Below, one piece after another: positions 14,431 to 26,790 of a DNA stretch of 64,000 nucleotides. The stretch is from the human T2T-CHM13v2.0 reference genome, Homo sapiens. The stretch is from NCBI RefSeq assembly GCF_009914755.1, contig NC_060928.1; one strand, given 5' to 3'. The first letter of the stretch is position 1, and each line of letters begins with the position of its first letter. The notes below the pieces were generated by a model. The model searched no databases. It worked only from the letters and a program-made list of their open reading frames with translations, and was not told the origin of the DNA. The position numbers and the translations under genes were made by a program.

Positions 14431-16130
14431 ACAACTGACTTTGACAAAGACACAGTGTTTCATAATAAAAAAGATTGCCTTTTCAAACAATGGTACTAGA
14501 GCAAGTGGGCATTTATAGGAAAAACGTGAATTTTGACCTAAGTCTCAGATCTTACAGAAAAGTTAACTCAGAATGTATCAGGGATTTATAATAGAAACAT
14601 TAAAACTACAAATCTTAGGGGGTAAAATATAAGCAAAAATCTTTATTAGCTACACCTAGACAAAGGATTTTGATACCAAAAGTATGATTTATAAAAAGAA
14701 AAACTGTAAATTCGTCTTCATCAAAGATAAAAACTTCTTTGGCTCTTGAGAGTGATATGACAAGCTAAATACTGGAATTTGCAAACCACATATCCGTCAA
14801 ATGAATAGTGTCTAGAATACATAAAGAACTTCCAAACCATGACAGAAAAAAACAACAGTGATCCAATTAGAAAATGGGAAAAAGTCATGGAAGAAGAAGA
14901 AAACAAACATATTTCACTGAAGAAAACAAACATATGTCCAATAAGCCATATTAAGATGTCCATCATCATTATCCACTAGGTAAGTGCAAATCAAAACCAC
15001 AGTGAAATTTGACTACACACCAATCAGAACAGCTGAAATAAAATGATGACAATAAATGCTTGTGCGGACCCTGAAAAATTAGATGACTCATATATTGCTG
15101 GTTATGATGTAAAGTGGTAAAGCTGCTCTCTAAAATATTTCAGACATTTCTTAAAAAACAAGACATGCAATTTTTATAGAAACCATAAATTGCACTCCTG
15201 GGCTTTTATTCCATAGAAATAAAACTTACATTAACACACACACAGACACACACACAAACACACATTATTATATATGTAATATATATTATATTTGTGTATA
15301 CACACACACACACACAAGCACCTTGTTGGTATGGTCAGGTGTGGGCTATATCCATATACACAAAATTTAGAACAGTTTTATTCATAATAGCTCAAAACTG
15401 GAAACAACCTAGATGTCCTTCAACCTTCAATCATGTTCATGGTTAAACAAGCTGTGGTACCTCCATATCATGGAATCTTACCTATCAATAAAAGGGAACC
15501 TCCATATCATGGAATCTTACCTATCAATAAAAGGGAACCTCCATATCATGGAATCTTACCTATCAATAAAAGGGAACCTCCATATCATGGAATCTTACCT
15601 ATCAATAAAGGGAACCTCCATATCATGGAATCTTACCTATCAATAAAAGGGAACCTCCATATCATGGACTCTTACCTATCAATAAAAGAGAACCTCCATA
15701 TCATGGAATCTTACCTATCAATAAAAAGGAACAAAATACACACACAACCTGGATGAATCTCCAAAAAGTTATGCTGAGAAAAATATTTTTATTAAGAGGT
15801 TACATACGCTATGATTCCATTAATATAACATTATTTAAATGACACAAATTTAGAAATAGAGAACAGGTTAGTGGTTGACAGAGGTGAAGGATGGAGTGGG
15901 AATTGTAGGGAAGTTGGAGTGGCTATAAAATGACAACATGAGGAATCTTTGTGATGATAGAAAATTTCTGTACCTTGGCTGTCTCAATGTCAATATCCTG
16001 TTTGTATTATTTTATTTTCATTTCACAAGATATTTTTATTGGAAAAATGGGTAAAGGGTCTATGGAATCTATTATTTCTTGCAACTTCATATGAACCCAT
16101 AATTATCTCAAAATAAGAAAGTTTAAATAT
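14431..16130 (+). mobile_element. Old L1M ORF2 end plus 3'UTR (continuation of 8990-10425)
   Basis: 'caactgactttgacaaag...ttttcaaacaatggtactaga', 'aactggaaacaacctagatgtccttcaa', 'caacctggatgaatctc'. Confidence 0.82.
15459..15730 (+). repeat. 39-bp minisatellite, 7 copies, derived from the L1 ORF2 C-terminus
   Basis: Unit acctccatatcatggaatcttacctatcaataaaaggga. Copies start at 15459, 15498, 15537, 15576 (38 bp), 15614, 15653 and 15692. Confidence 0.97.
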
Positions 16131-18439
16131 AATTTTTTACAAAACCCCTTTCACTATGACTATTTTTATTTTTATAAATTATTTATATGATGAATAAAAT
16201 ATATAAAAATCCAGAAAGGATTCACTGGATCGAGATGGTAAATAGTAATGACTATTTTTCCAGGTATACTGAAAGATAAAAGTAAAATTAGAATATACAA
16301 CCTGAAGCAGGTTGACAGTCCATTCATTTCACAATCTGTGTCTTTACAACCTTGAAAATGCATCTAGAGAAACAGTTTAATTTTCTTTGACGTCATTGGT
16401 TCAAGCTATTATAATTTGCTTGTACTGACTTTTCCTTACAAATGTGAGATAGTTATCACTTCTTAAGACTGCAATTGAAGCCTGTAGAATGAAGTATTTT
16501 TCTAAATAATGATCTACAAAGAAAATAGTACATACTATTATAAATTATGAATAATGATTCTTATAGACTGGCTAGAGTGTTATTTGAATATTGCTTTTTA
16601 AAATATTAAATTACTTATTTGTCACACATTTGTTACCCAGAAGCACATATGAATCAGAATTTCTTTACATAAGTTAACTTATGCAAATATTCTTTAGAGT
16701 ACATCATGGGCTATTATATTTTCCTAGACATAAAATTTCCTTCAGGCTTCAGGTCAATCATCTTGCATGGATTTTTTTTTGTGTGTGTGTGATTTACAGG
16801 AGGCATTGCATCTGTTTCCTTGCCTAAAACCCAAGGGGAAGTGGCTACATTAAATAACAAAATACATTCACATTATTGAAAGCCAGGAAGTTTCCCATTG
16901 TAAGTGCATCTCCTAGTCTGACACTATTTTTATTTTTTCCTTAAATGTAAATTCGATGGCGTTAACCTGAATGATAAATCATGTGATTCTGTTCTTTGTC
17001 ACTTCTGAACACAGTGATTCATAGAATTTTGATACTATAAATCAACTCAGAGATCAAAATTTAGTTTAAAACCCATATTTTATAAAAAGGGAAGTGAAGG
17101 TCAGGACTTATGTAACCCACCCAAAGCCTCAGAGTAGGTGGAGTAGGGACAGAGTAGGAAGAGACCTAGTTCAGGAAGAAAGGATACACATTGTTTTAAC
17201 ATTATCACTAGAGTACATTACAGAAAATTTTACACCTTGTTATTCCATGAAACTAAATAGTAAAAAGGAAACTTGTTGCTCATAATTTCTCTATCAATTT
17301 AGATTTCATTTTATATGAAAAGATATTCTAGAAGCCTGTAAGAGTGTATTAGATTCCCCTTTGATGCATTTCTGTGGGGAATTTATGAGGAGATCTGCTA
17401 GGTAAAACGGATTATTTTTTTAAAGGTCTGTTTTGCGACCCTTTGCAATCCTCATCAGACAAGTCCTTGAGGGAGATTATGAAACTACTGATTGTATTAT
17501 TAAACAATAAAAGGGCACATTAAAATTCAACCTTAATAAAGGCAATGAACATGTATTCTATAAAGATATAGCTTAAAATAATATAGGTTAACATAGACTT
17601 TGGAACTGGAAATTCAGAACGTGGTCTATTTATTTATAGTGGCCTGTCCAAGGACTACAATAGGACACAGAAATATGTCAAAAGTATGCAAACCAGTCGC
17701 AGAGCTTCATTCTTTCTTGTGTTTACAAGCCTAAGAGAACATAAAAGGATATAACAGGACTTCAGTTGAGAGGGTAATGTAAAAGGTGCCTCATCCTTCA
17801 AAAAGATCCCTCCATATGCCCTTAAATCTGGAAAGTTGTATGCATTATGAATCTTCTCTTAATTTAAGCACCATTCTGTGATATAATTAATTACATTTAA
17901 TAACAAAATTTTTCCCTTCACACTTGGGAATTATTTAAAGCCAGAGAATTACGCAAATTGATTTTGTATCCATAGCACATAAAATAAAAACTCGTTCATA
18001 GAGAAAAGTGTGTGATAGTTGCTAAATAAACATTTAAATAGGTTGAAAATAACTAAGCCTGTCATACCTTAGAGTGAGTACATTTTATTCAATTAATATT
18101 TTTATTGAGTAACTACTACATTATACAATAAAGCTTTGCTTACAGAATAGATTCTTGTATTAACATTCAACTATAAAAGGTAGGGTAACATTAAAACATA
18201 GGACAAGTTTGGCTTAAATATTTGAGGAACAGGTTTTATGCTAGCAGAGGAGAACATGAGGACAGAGGAAAGGGTAAAAGATGAGAAATTTATAAATTTT
18301 GTTTCAAACCCTAGTGGTAGCCCCACACTTGCAGTGAATATCGCCTGAAAAGCCAAATGTTGATAGTGTCTGGCTAAGGCAGTACAGGAAAGCACAAGCC
18401 TTGCTTCAAGAATCTTACTGACTAGCTAAGGAAACACTA

Positions 18440-18499
<60 letters not shown>

Positions 18500-18518
18500 C
18501 ATATATATATATATACAC
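18440..18518. repeat. (TG)n(TA)n microsatellite
   Basis: Direct reading. Confidence 0.95.
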
Positions 18519-18534
18519 AGCAATACAATTTATA

Positions 18535-18630
18535 GAGTGTTAAGCACTAACTACATGGCCTTGAAAATTTATTTTAAATTTCTCCAAACCTCAGTTTCCT
18601 CATCTATAAAATGAAGATAATACCTATCAT
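18535..18630 (+). mobile_element. MIR fragment
   Basis: Core 'cctcagtttcctcatctataaaatgaagataatacct'. Confidence 0.8.
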
Positions 18631-18779
18631 CTGTCTATTTCTATGATCTATCTTTTTCATCAGTATTATTACCATTTGTCATACATGGCACTGGGAATAT
18701 CTATGCTACGGCTAATTAAAAGCATCCAAGAAAATAGGGTCTAAACATCACCTAATCAAACAATGTCAAAATTCACTAG

Positions 18780-19130
18780 GTCATCCACAATTTATTGAGC
18801 ACATATTCAGTACCAGTACTGAATATACAAAAATGCATTTACATAATTCTCCTTCTCTAGAAACTCAGAATTTTTGGGAAATAGAGGCTTGGAAAATTAT
18901 AACAGATTACTTCAATGCAATGAAGTAAGTGACATGATAAGGAAAGGATAGGTTGCTACAGGGACAAAATAAAATAGTTATGTAACGCAAGATTTGGGAT
19001 ACATCGAAAGATTTTCTAGAGGAAAGAACATCTACAATGGAACTACATTTAGAAGTAAAAGTAATCCTGGAGATAGCGTGGTGCAGATAATGTTCTAAAC
19101 AAAACTAAGTTTATAAACAAGAGCCTAAAG
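18780..19130 (-). mobile_element. L2 fragment
   Basis: 'tttattgagcacatattcagtaccagtactg' resembles the reverse complement of the L2 3' end. Confidence 0.6.
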
Positions 19131-19144
19131 AATAAGTAGAAAGC

Positions 19145-19636
<492 letters not shown>

Positions 19637-19794
19637 TCAGTTGAAAAGTGATTAGAAATCAGTATAACTTTTATTTATTACGTTACCTATTATTTTAGCT
19701 ACAAATAAGCTGGAAATAGAAGACAGACAGATGACAAATGATAATGGTAATAATGAAAAAGACAAATGGTAGAGATAGAGAGATGATACACATT

Positions 19795-19900
19795 GTATTC
19801 ATTTTAAAGATGAGGAAACTGAGGCTTGGGGAAATTTAAAATAAGTTTTCAAGGTCATATAGTAAGCATCAGAGCTAGGATTTGAACTCAGGTCAATTAC
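19795..19900 (-). mobile_element. MIR fragment
   Basis: 'attttaaagatgaggaaactgaggct...aggatttgaactcaggtc'. Confidence 0.85.
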
Positions 19901-19919
19901 TTTAGAAAACATGCGTTCC

Positions 19920-20168
19920 AATGAGAACACATGGACAGAGGGAGGGGAACAACACACACTGGGGGCCTGTTGGGGGTAGGAGGGTAGCAAGGAGAGGGAG
20001 AGCATCAGGACAAATAGCTAATGCATGTGGAGCATAAAACCTAGGTGATGGGTTGATAGATGCAGCAAACCACCGTGGCACACATATACCTATGTAACAA
20101 ACCTGAACATTTGGCACATGTATCCCAGAATTAAACTTAAAACAAATTTTTAAAGGAACAAAAAAAAC
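19920..20168 (+). mobile_element. L1PA (about PA8-PA11) 3'-end fragment
   Basis: 'gagaacacatggacagagggaggggaacaacacacactggggg...tatacctatgtaacaaacctg' followed by an A-rich tail. Confidence 0.85.
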
Positions 20169-20331
20169 CTGAGCTTCTAACAATGCCAGTGCCTTCTGAA
20201 CACAGACTGAAGCCTTTATAATTATTTTAAAAATCCAAGTTTAAATGACAATAAACACATTTTCACAATGTCCTCTGCATATGTTAAGCTATAAAGAGTT
20301 TATAAATTATCATAAGGGCAGTGGAAAAATA

Positions 20332-20681
20332 CAGTCATGTATTGCTTAACGGCAGGCACATGTTCTGAGAAATGCGTAGTTGGGCGATTTTATCAGTGTG
20401 TAAACATCATAGAGTGTACTTAACACAAACTAAGATGGTATAGTCTATTACACACTTAGGCTATATATTATAACCTATTGCCCCTAAGCTATAAACCTGA
20501 ACAAGATGTTACTGTATTGAATACTATAGGCAATTGTAACACAATGGTTATTTGTTTATCTAACTGTATTTTAAAATAGAAAAGGTACAGTAAAAATGCA
20601 TTATGATAATCTTGAGGCCACTGTCATCCATCCACATGCCATCCATCCTTGACTGAAACATCGTTATGATGCACATGACTA
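20332..20681. mobile_element. Tigger3a/MER7A-type MITE
   Basis: TIRs cagtcatgtattgcttaacg ... cgttatgatgcacatgacta with TA on both flanks. About 350 bp. Confidence 0.88.
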
Positions 20682-21460
20682 TATTTAAAGATTCTACACT
20701 ACAAAATGTTTTGCAATTCAAAAATATCTCTTTGGATAAAGCTTGGAGAAACTTATTTAGCAGGGGAAAATTGGAAACCAAAACGAGTGTTAGAAAGTTG
20801 TTTTAGAAATCCAGGTGACAAAAGAGGAGGCAGACACTGAAGAAAGAGAGAAAGGCACAGAAAATTATAAAATAAAAGTGTATATGATATATTTGGAAAA
20901 GTGTGATTGATTTTTATATGGAAGAAAGTATTATAAATTTGGAACAAATGAAAAAGCTACATTTGAATACTCTTCCATATGAGCCAAAGAAATGTAAAAT
21001 TCAACATGTATGTAAGAGAATCCAGAAATTGTTAAGCAAAGAAACAGTCGTACAAATCCATTTAACAAAAAGAAACCTATGAATTGTCATTTGGGTTTTA
21101 AAAAGGACCATTAAATTTTATTTTTGGTTGAATGTAATATTACCTAGCACAGAAATCATTCCTTGTACAGCATAAGTAAAAAGTTAGCTAAGTAAAAACT
21201 ATATCTTTTGATACATTGCTGAGCTTTTTGTGGGAAAAAACATGGGAGTGACTTTCTCAAGGGAGAGAAATTTTAAGACATACATACAGAAAGTAAGTGA
21301 GAATGACGAATGTGTAATGAGAGTAAATTTTTATACACAGTGTGCAGAAAAACAAGAGACTGGTCTTGGGGCCTAGGTAGACTAAGAGGTCAGATCAGAG
21401 TCTGTTATGTCAGACCAGGACACCTCCTCCATGTGATCTTTCCAGCCTCTACTTCTAGAT

Positions 21461-21685
21461 GAAAAAGAAAGAAAGGAAAGAAAGCAAGAAAGAAAAAAAA
21501 GGAAGAAAAGAAAGGGAGAAAGAAAGAGAGAGTGAGAAAGGAAAGAAAAAGAAAGAAAGAAAGAGAAAGAAAGAAAGAAAAAGAAGAGAAAGAAAGAAAG
21601 AAAAAGAAAAGAAAGAAAGAGAGAAAAGATGGAACAAAATGAAGGAAGGAAGGGAAGGAAGGAAGGAAGAAAGGAAAGAACAAAG
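21461..21685. repeat. GA-rich polypurine tract ((GAAA)n/(GGAA)n)
   Basis: About 220 bp, almost entirely A/G on the + strand. Confidence 0.95.
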
Positions 21686-21899
21686 ACTCCCAAATTTCTA
21701 ACCTACAGCCTTCATTTTAATGTATTTTGAAGTACAACACAAAACATATTAAACCAAAAATATAATTTAAAGTAACTTGGGCTAGTAATGTTCCAAGGTG
21801 ACTGTACGAATCTAATAGAAGGACGTTTATAAAGGAATGCAGATTATGAAAGACAGTCTCAAAGTTTCTTATAAATAAAATTCTAACAATCAAGCAATC

Positions 21900-23950
21900 A
21901 CATTTAAAAAAACTTACTAAGTAAAAGAGAAAAGAAGCCACCGTCAATGAGTCCCCCAAGATAAATAAAATAATAAAAAGAAACCCAGCAAAAGTCAATG
22001 ATACAATAAAAAATACATGGAGAATCAGTTGTGAAAAGATTGGAAATATTAAAATAACCATATAACAAAGATAAACTAAATATGTTCAATATGCAGAAAA
22101 ATAAAATACATGACTGAAAATCAGCAAGGCCAGATGAGGCTGAGAAAGTGATGGGACAGATTTAAATAGTAAAAAATGTAAAAACACTATAGAACTATTA
22201 TAAATCAAAACATAATGGTTGAAGAAAAAACATTCAATGGATATATTAAACAGCAGATAGACAAAGGTACAGAAAAAAATTAGTGAGATTGAAGATACAT
22301 CTGATGATATACATATGGAATGTCACATGAAAACAAAGGGATATGAATTTTAAAAGAGATCAAGAAATGAAATGTATAGGTTGGGTACATACAGTGGCTC
22401 ACACCTGTAATCCCGAGGCAGGCGGATCACTTGAGGTCAAGAGTTGGAGACCAGCCTGACCAACATGGTGAAACCCCATCTCTACTAAAAATACAAAAAT
22501 TAGCCGGGCATGGTGGCAGGTGCCTGTAATCCCAGCTACTCGAGAGACTGAGGCAGGAGAATCGCTTGATCCGGGAGGCAGAGGTTGCAGTAAGCCGAAA
22601 CCACACCACAGCACTCCAGCCTGGGTGACGGAGTGAGACTCCAATTCAAAAAAAAAAAAGAAAAAAAAAAGTGAAATATGTCAAATAAAAAAAACATATC
22701 TAATTGTATTTGCAAAAGTGGATAATAGAGAAAATTTAAAAGAGACAATGAAAATGAGGAAAGTGATTGACAAATTTTGTGATTTGATACACAATAGTGG
22801 TGATCAGTGACTAATGAGTAAAATACTGAGATGAAGATAAATAAATTAACACCTAATCACAATATAACTACAGCATAATAAAGAAAAAGTAAAGATCTTC
22901 AAGATTGCTATAGATGCAAGAAAGACATCCTACAAAGGAATGACAATATAGAAAAACAAACCAGTAGTCAGCTTTTCAATGATAACAATAAAAGCGAGAA
23001 TGGATTAGAATGACATACCGGCTCAGATAAAATACGTTTCCACATAGAATTATACATCCGGAGAAGCAAATATTTAAAAACAAAGGCAAAATAAAGACAT
23101 TTTTGGAAGCAAAGCAATAATGAGCAGTTCTTTATTGAAAGAAACTCTAAAGAAGGGACTTAAGATAAAATAAAAATATTTTCAGATAATCTGATATAAA
23201 AAAGGAATTGTTTAAGTAAAGAAAATTGCACAAAATAATAACATTTAACTTGTGAAGTTAAAAAGAAATGACTGAATTAAAAGACTGAAAAATAACACAA
23301 ATTATGAAAAAGATTTCAAGTTAAATAATTACTTCCATTTTTTTGGAAAAAGAATAAATAAGTTTATTAACTCCTAAATATAAGACAAAATACTAAGTTT
23401 TCTTGATGACTAACAAAAGAACAAATTGTTTAAATTCCAAATTAAGAGAAGGACATATTTAAGGAAGGAATTTTTAAAAACTAAATCCAAATGAAAGCAA
23501 AGAAAGAGAAAAAGAGACACTAGAAATAAAATGTAAAAATTATAAAATAAAATTATAGAAAATAATTTAAATAAATGAGTTATCAAAATTAATGAAAATA
23601 GAATGTTACATTTAAATTGAAGTAAATATTAATTAGCCAGATGTTTTAAAAATTCAACTATATTCTAGTTAAAAAGACATACCTGAAAAGTAAGAAAACA
23701 GAATTTGAACACAACAGACAAGAAAAAATAAATTACATGGCCTAAAGGCAAAAAAATAGAAAATTTCCACATAGAAAACCAAAAAAGAATGAGTATATTG
23801 AGAATACAAGAAATTTTGTTATTTTATGAAAACTGAAAAGCATTTAAGTTTTAAAATTACCAAAATGAAGAACAGGAAGTTTACTGAGCAATCACAAATA
23901 ACCAAAATAAATAAATAAATAAAGATTTGGACAGAGAATGAGAGAATGTT
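21900..23950 (+). mobile_element. Very old L1M (L1ME-type) ORF1/ORF2 remnant
   Basis: A-rich degraded motifs such as 'aattagtgagattgaagatacatc' and 'aaaggcaaaataaagacatttt'. Confidence 0.6.
22379..22670 (+). mobile_element. AluS with a roughly 15-bp internal deletion
   Basis: 'tgtaatcccgaggcaggcgg' lacks agcactttgggaggc. Otherwise dimeric with an A tail. Confidence 0.92.
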
Positions 23951-23984
23951 ATTCATAGTGGTTGACAATGTTTTCCATGATATA

Positions 23985-24200
23985 AAACTGCTGAAGTTTA
24001 AGTCTTGACTCTACCACATTTTTGCTCCACAACATTGGAAAAATTCTGTGTTCCTGTTTCTTGTTTTTAAAGTGTAGATTAATAATAGTGCATATTTCAT
24101 AGGACTGTAATAAAATCGATGGGATTAATTTATACAAAAGCACACAGAAGAAATCTGGAACATCAGAGTTCGGCAAATATATAGTATTATTGTCATTACT
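23985..24200 (+). mobile_element. MIR
   Basis: 'ctgtgttcctgtttcttgtttttaaagtg...ataatagtgcatatttcataggactgt...aagcacacagaa'. Confidence 0.65.
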
Positions 24201-24609
24201 GTTATTGAAATGCTCATACTCAGTAATCAAAGCAATACAGAGTAAACTAGAATTTGATTCCATTTAATATCCAACTGACTGGAAAATTTTGAAAATAAAT
24301 TTGCATCAATCTACCTAATACTGTTAATTGATAGGAGATTGTAAATTAGTATAACCATCATGGAAAATGACCACAAATAAAATCATTAAATTCAATCTAA
24401 ACATTAATAATAATATAAAAAATGAAATCTTTCTCCTTCATACATTTACAAAGAGCAATCTGCTAAAAGATAAATTCAAATTGAACTTGCAGAATTTCTA
24501 GAAGTCAACAATAATATTTAAAAACTCAGAATTTATCAGGCATTTCTAAAGAAGTGTTCACATGAAGAGTCATTGTTTCAAACACCTAGATCAACACAAA
24601 TTAATAAAG

Positions 24610-25545
24610 ATATCTATATGCTAATGACTTCCAAATTTATTTCTCCAGTCTAAATGCTTTGCCTGACCTTCAAATGTAATCACAAATCGCCTATTTGACA
24701 TATTTTTATTGATGGCTAATAAATTTCTCATTCTTAGCATTGCAAGCTGCTGCTATAGGCTCCACATCTCAGGTAAATACACTGAGATAGACACTACTTT
24801 TTCCTGCTTTTCAGGCCTTGAATCCTTTCTATCACACCTGATCCCTGTCAGCAAATTCTATGGGCTCTACTTTCAAAAGATGGCTACAATTTGACCCCAT
24901 TTCAGTACCAGCATTGTCTTCCTCCTGGTCTACGTTGACAGTAGTTCTTGTCTTGACTCTCACATAATCTCCTAACTGGGGTTCATGCTTTTGCCTTTGG
25001 CTAAATCCTTGTGGTCTATTCTTAGCACATGAACAGAGTGATCCTGTTACAATTTAGAATTGATCATGTCTCTCCGCTACTCAAAAGTCCTCCAAAGGCT
25101 TCCAGGTAAAGGTCGAATCTTTACCAGGCCCCATATGATCTGGTTACCGTCACCACTCTGATCCCATGTCCTTCAGCCCTCTCTCTGCCTGGCTCAGCCT
25201 CTAGCCACATGCTTCTCTTTGACATCTCCTTGTCACTTCAGGGACTTTGCATTTTCTATGTTCTATTTCTCTTTATCTGCACGACTAATTCACTCACTTC
25301 CTTTAGGTCTTTAATCAAAAGTCACTTTTTCAGTGAGGCTATCCCTGACACCTTAACTAAATGTTTTAGCTGTATTACATTTTGTTATTTTGTATCATTT
25401 TTTTCCATTTCTGGACATTTAGCCACTCACAAACATTCTCTTCTCCTTAATTTTATAATTTTTACTGTAATAAATACTAACACTGAAATAATACAGTTTG
25501 GAGCATAATGGATACCCAGTGGATATTTATTGAATGAGTAGACAA
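24610..25545 (+). mobile_element. L2 fragment including the 3' end
   Basis: 'tatgctaatgacttccaaatttatttctccag', 'tgatcatgtctctccgctactcaaaagtcctccaaaggcttcc', ending 'atatttattgaatgagt'. Confidence 0.8.
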
Positions 25546-25554
25546 ATAAATTCT

Positions 25555-25555
25555 A

Positions 25556-25587
<32 letters not shown>

Positions 25588-25706
25588 CATATATGTATAT
25601 ATATACATATATATGTATACATATATGTATATATATACATATATATGTATACATATATATACATATATACATATATATGTATACATATATATACATATAT
25701 ATATAT
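25555..25706. repeat. (TG)n then compound (TA/TACA/TATG)n microsatellite
   Basis: Direct reading. It is the source of the Y/I-rich spurious ORFs. Confidence 0.95.
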
Positions 25707-26539
25707 TACCAAAACACGTAACAGCAATTTTTTGTTCAGAGACAAGCATGAATATTGCTTTAACATGAAGAAATACAGTAAATCATAACAAAATTCATAG
25801 CAGTAGCTATCTCTGAGAATGAGACAAGGCAATGTAATGGGAAGTCCCCAGGGCTTCAAAGATATTAGTAATAGTTTTTCCTGAGGATGGGCAGTGGCTG
25901 CATGGTGTTCATTATTATTATTCGGATTATACATGTGCCTTATGTAAATAGTTTAATTGTTGTAATAAAAATAATAAAAAGGATGGGATAGAGTTAAGGG
26001 AAGGATATCCAATAAAAGATTATTTTAATGATATCAACTCCTCATCTGCATTTGCATGGGATAATACACAAGCCATTTCTGGGTGATATCTGGGTAAAGC
26101 TACCCTAAAAGGCAAAATAAACTCATGTGGCTTAAACAATGAAATCATGTTTAGATTTGTGTAAAAAAGATTTAATACTTAAAAACAAACTAATACATAT
26201 ATACATAATTTTTTGCCACTAATGTAACCTCAAAAAGGAAACAATGCATAAATATATTTTCATTTTTATGGATTTTTTAAATACCCATGCATATCTTCCA
26301 AGAAAAAAAACAAACATTTTTGAAGAGCTTGTCATGTATAATGAAATAAGAAAAAGATTTATCCCATGAACAAATATAGAGATAGCAGTCTAAAAAGCAA
26401 CATAGCATGGGTTTAATACAGTAAAGTAAATCCACTTAGTTATTTGGTAAATGAAACACTTCATAAACCTGTATCCTCCTCAGAAATTACTGAAGGCAAG
26501 TTTTCCCAAAATAAATAATGTTAAATTGTATGGAGCATT

Positions 26540-26790
26540 AAAATATTAAATCTGATTAAGTAATGGCACATTTACAAATGCTTCATAATATTACTATGAC
26601 TTTCTGAGGCCTGGTCTTTGTTAATATCTTTAAGTGCTTGTAATTTATACAAATCACAACTAAATAGATTTCAGGAGAAACATTTTACAGTGTGATTTAT
26701 GCAAATTACTTGATTTAGTTTCTATCAAGTTGCTTCGGCAATTTAAACAGCTAATTTGATTAGCTGAAAATGTTTTCCTTCATTAGGATT
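26540..26790. promoter_or_regulatory. Candidate enhancer motif cluster (PBX-HOX, octamer, P3)
   Basis: TGATTTAT at 26693-26700 overlaps ATGCAAAT at 26699-26706. TAATTTGATTA at 26752-26762 lies within an 8-bp-arm palindrome. No recognisable repeat here. Confidence 0.3.

Noticed and set aside
15413-15756. Repeat-protein-like ORFs or CRISPR-like periodicity
   Set aside because: Head-to-tail 39-bp units with no unique spacers, inside an L1 in human DNA. The ORFs are a by-product of the 13-codon period.
21382-21701. K/E/R-rich and F/S/L-rich ORFs
   Set aside because: Translations of the GA-rich simple repeat.
25477-25934. Y/I-rich ORFs
   Set aside because: Translations of the TA/TG microsatellite.
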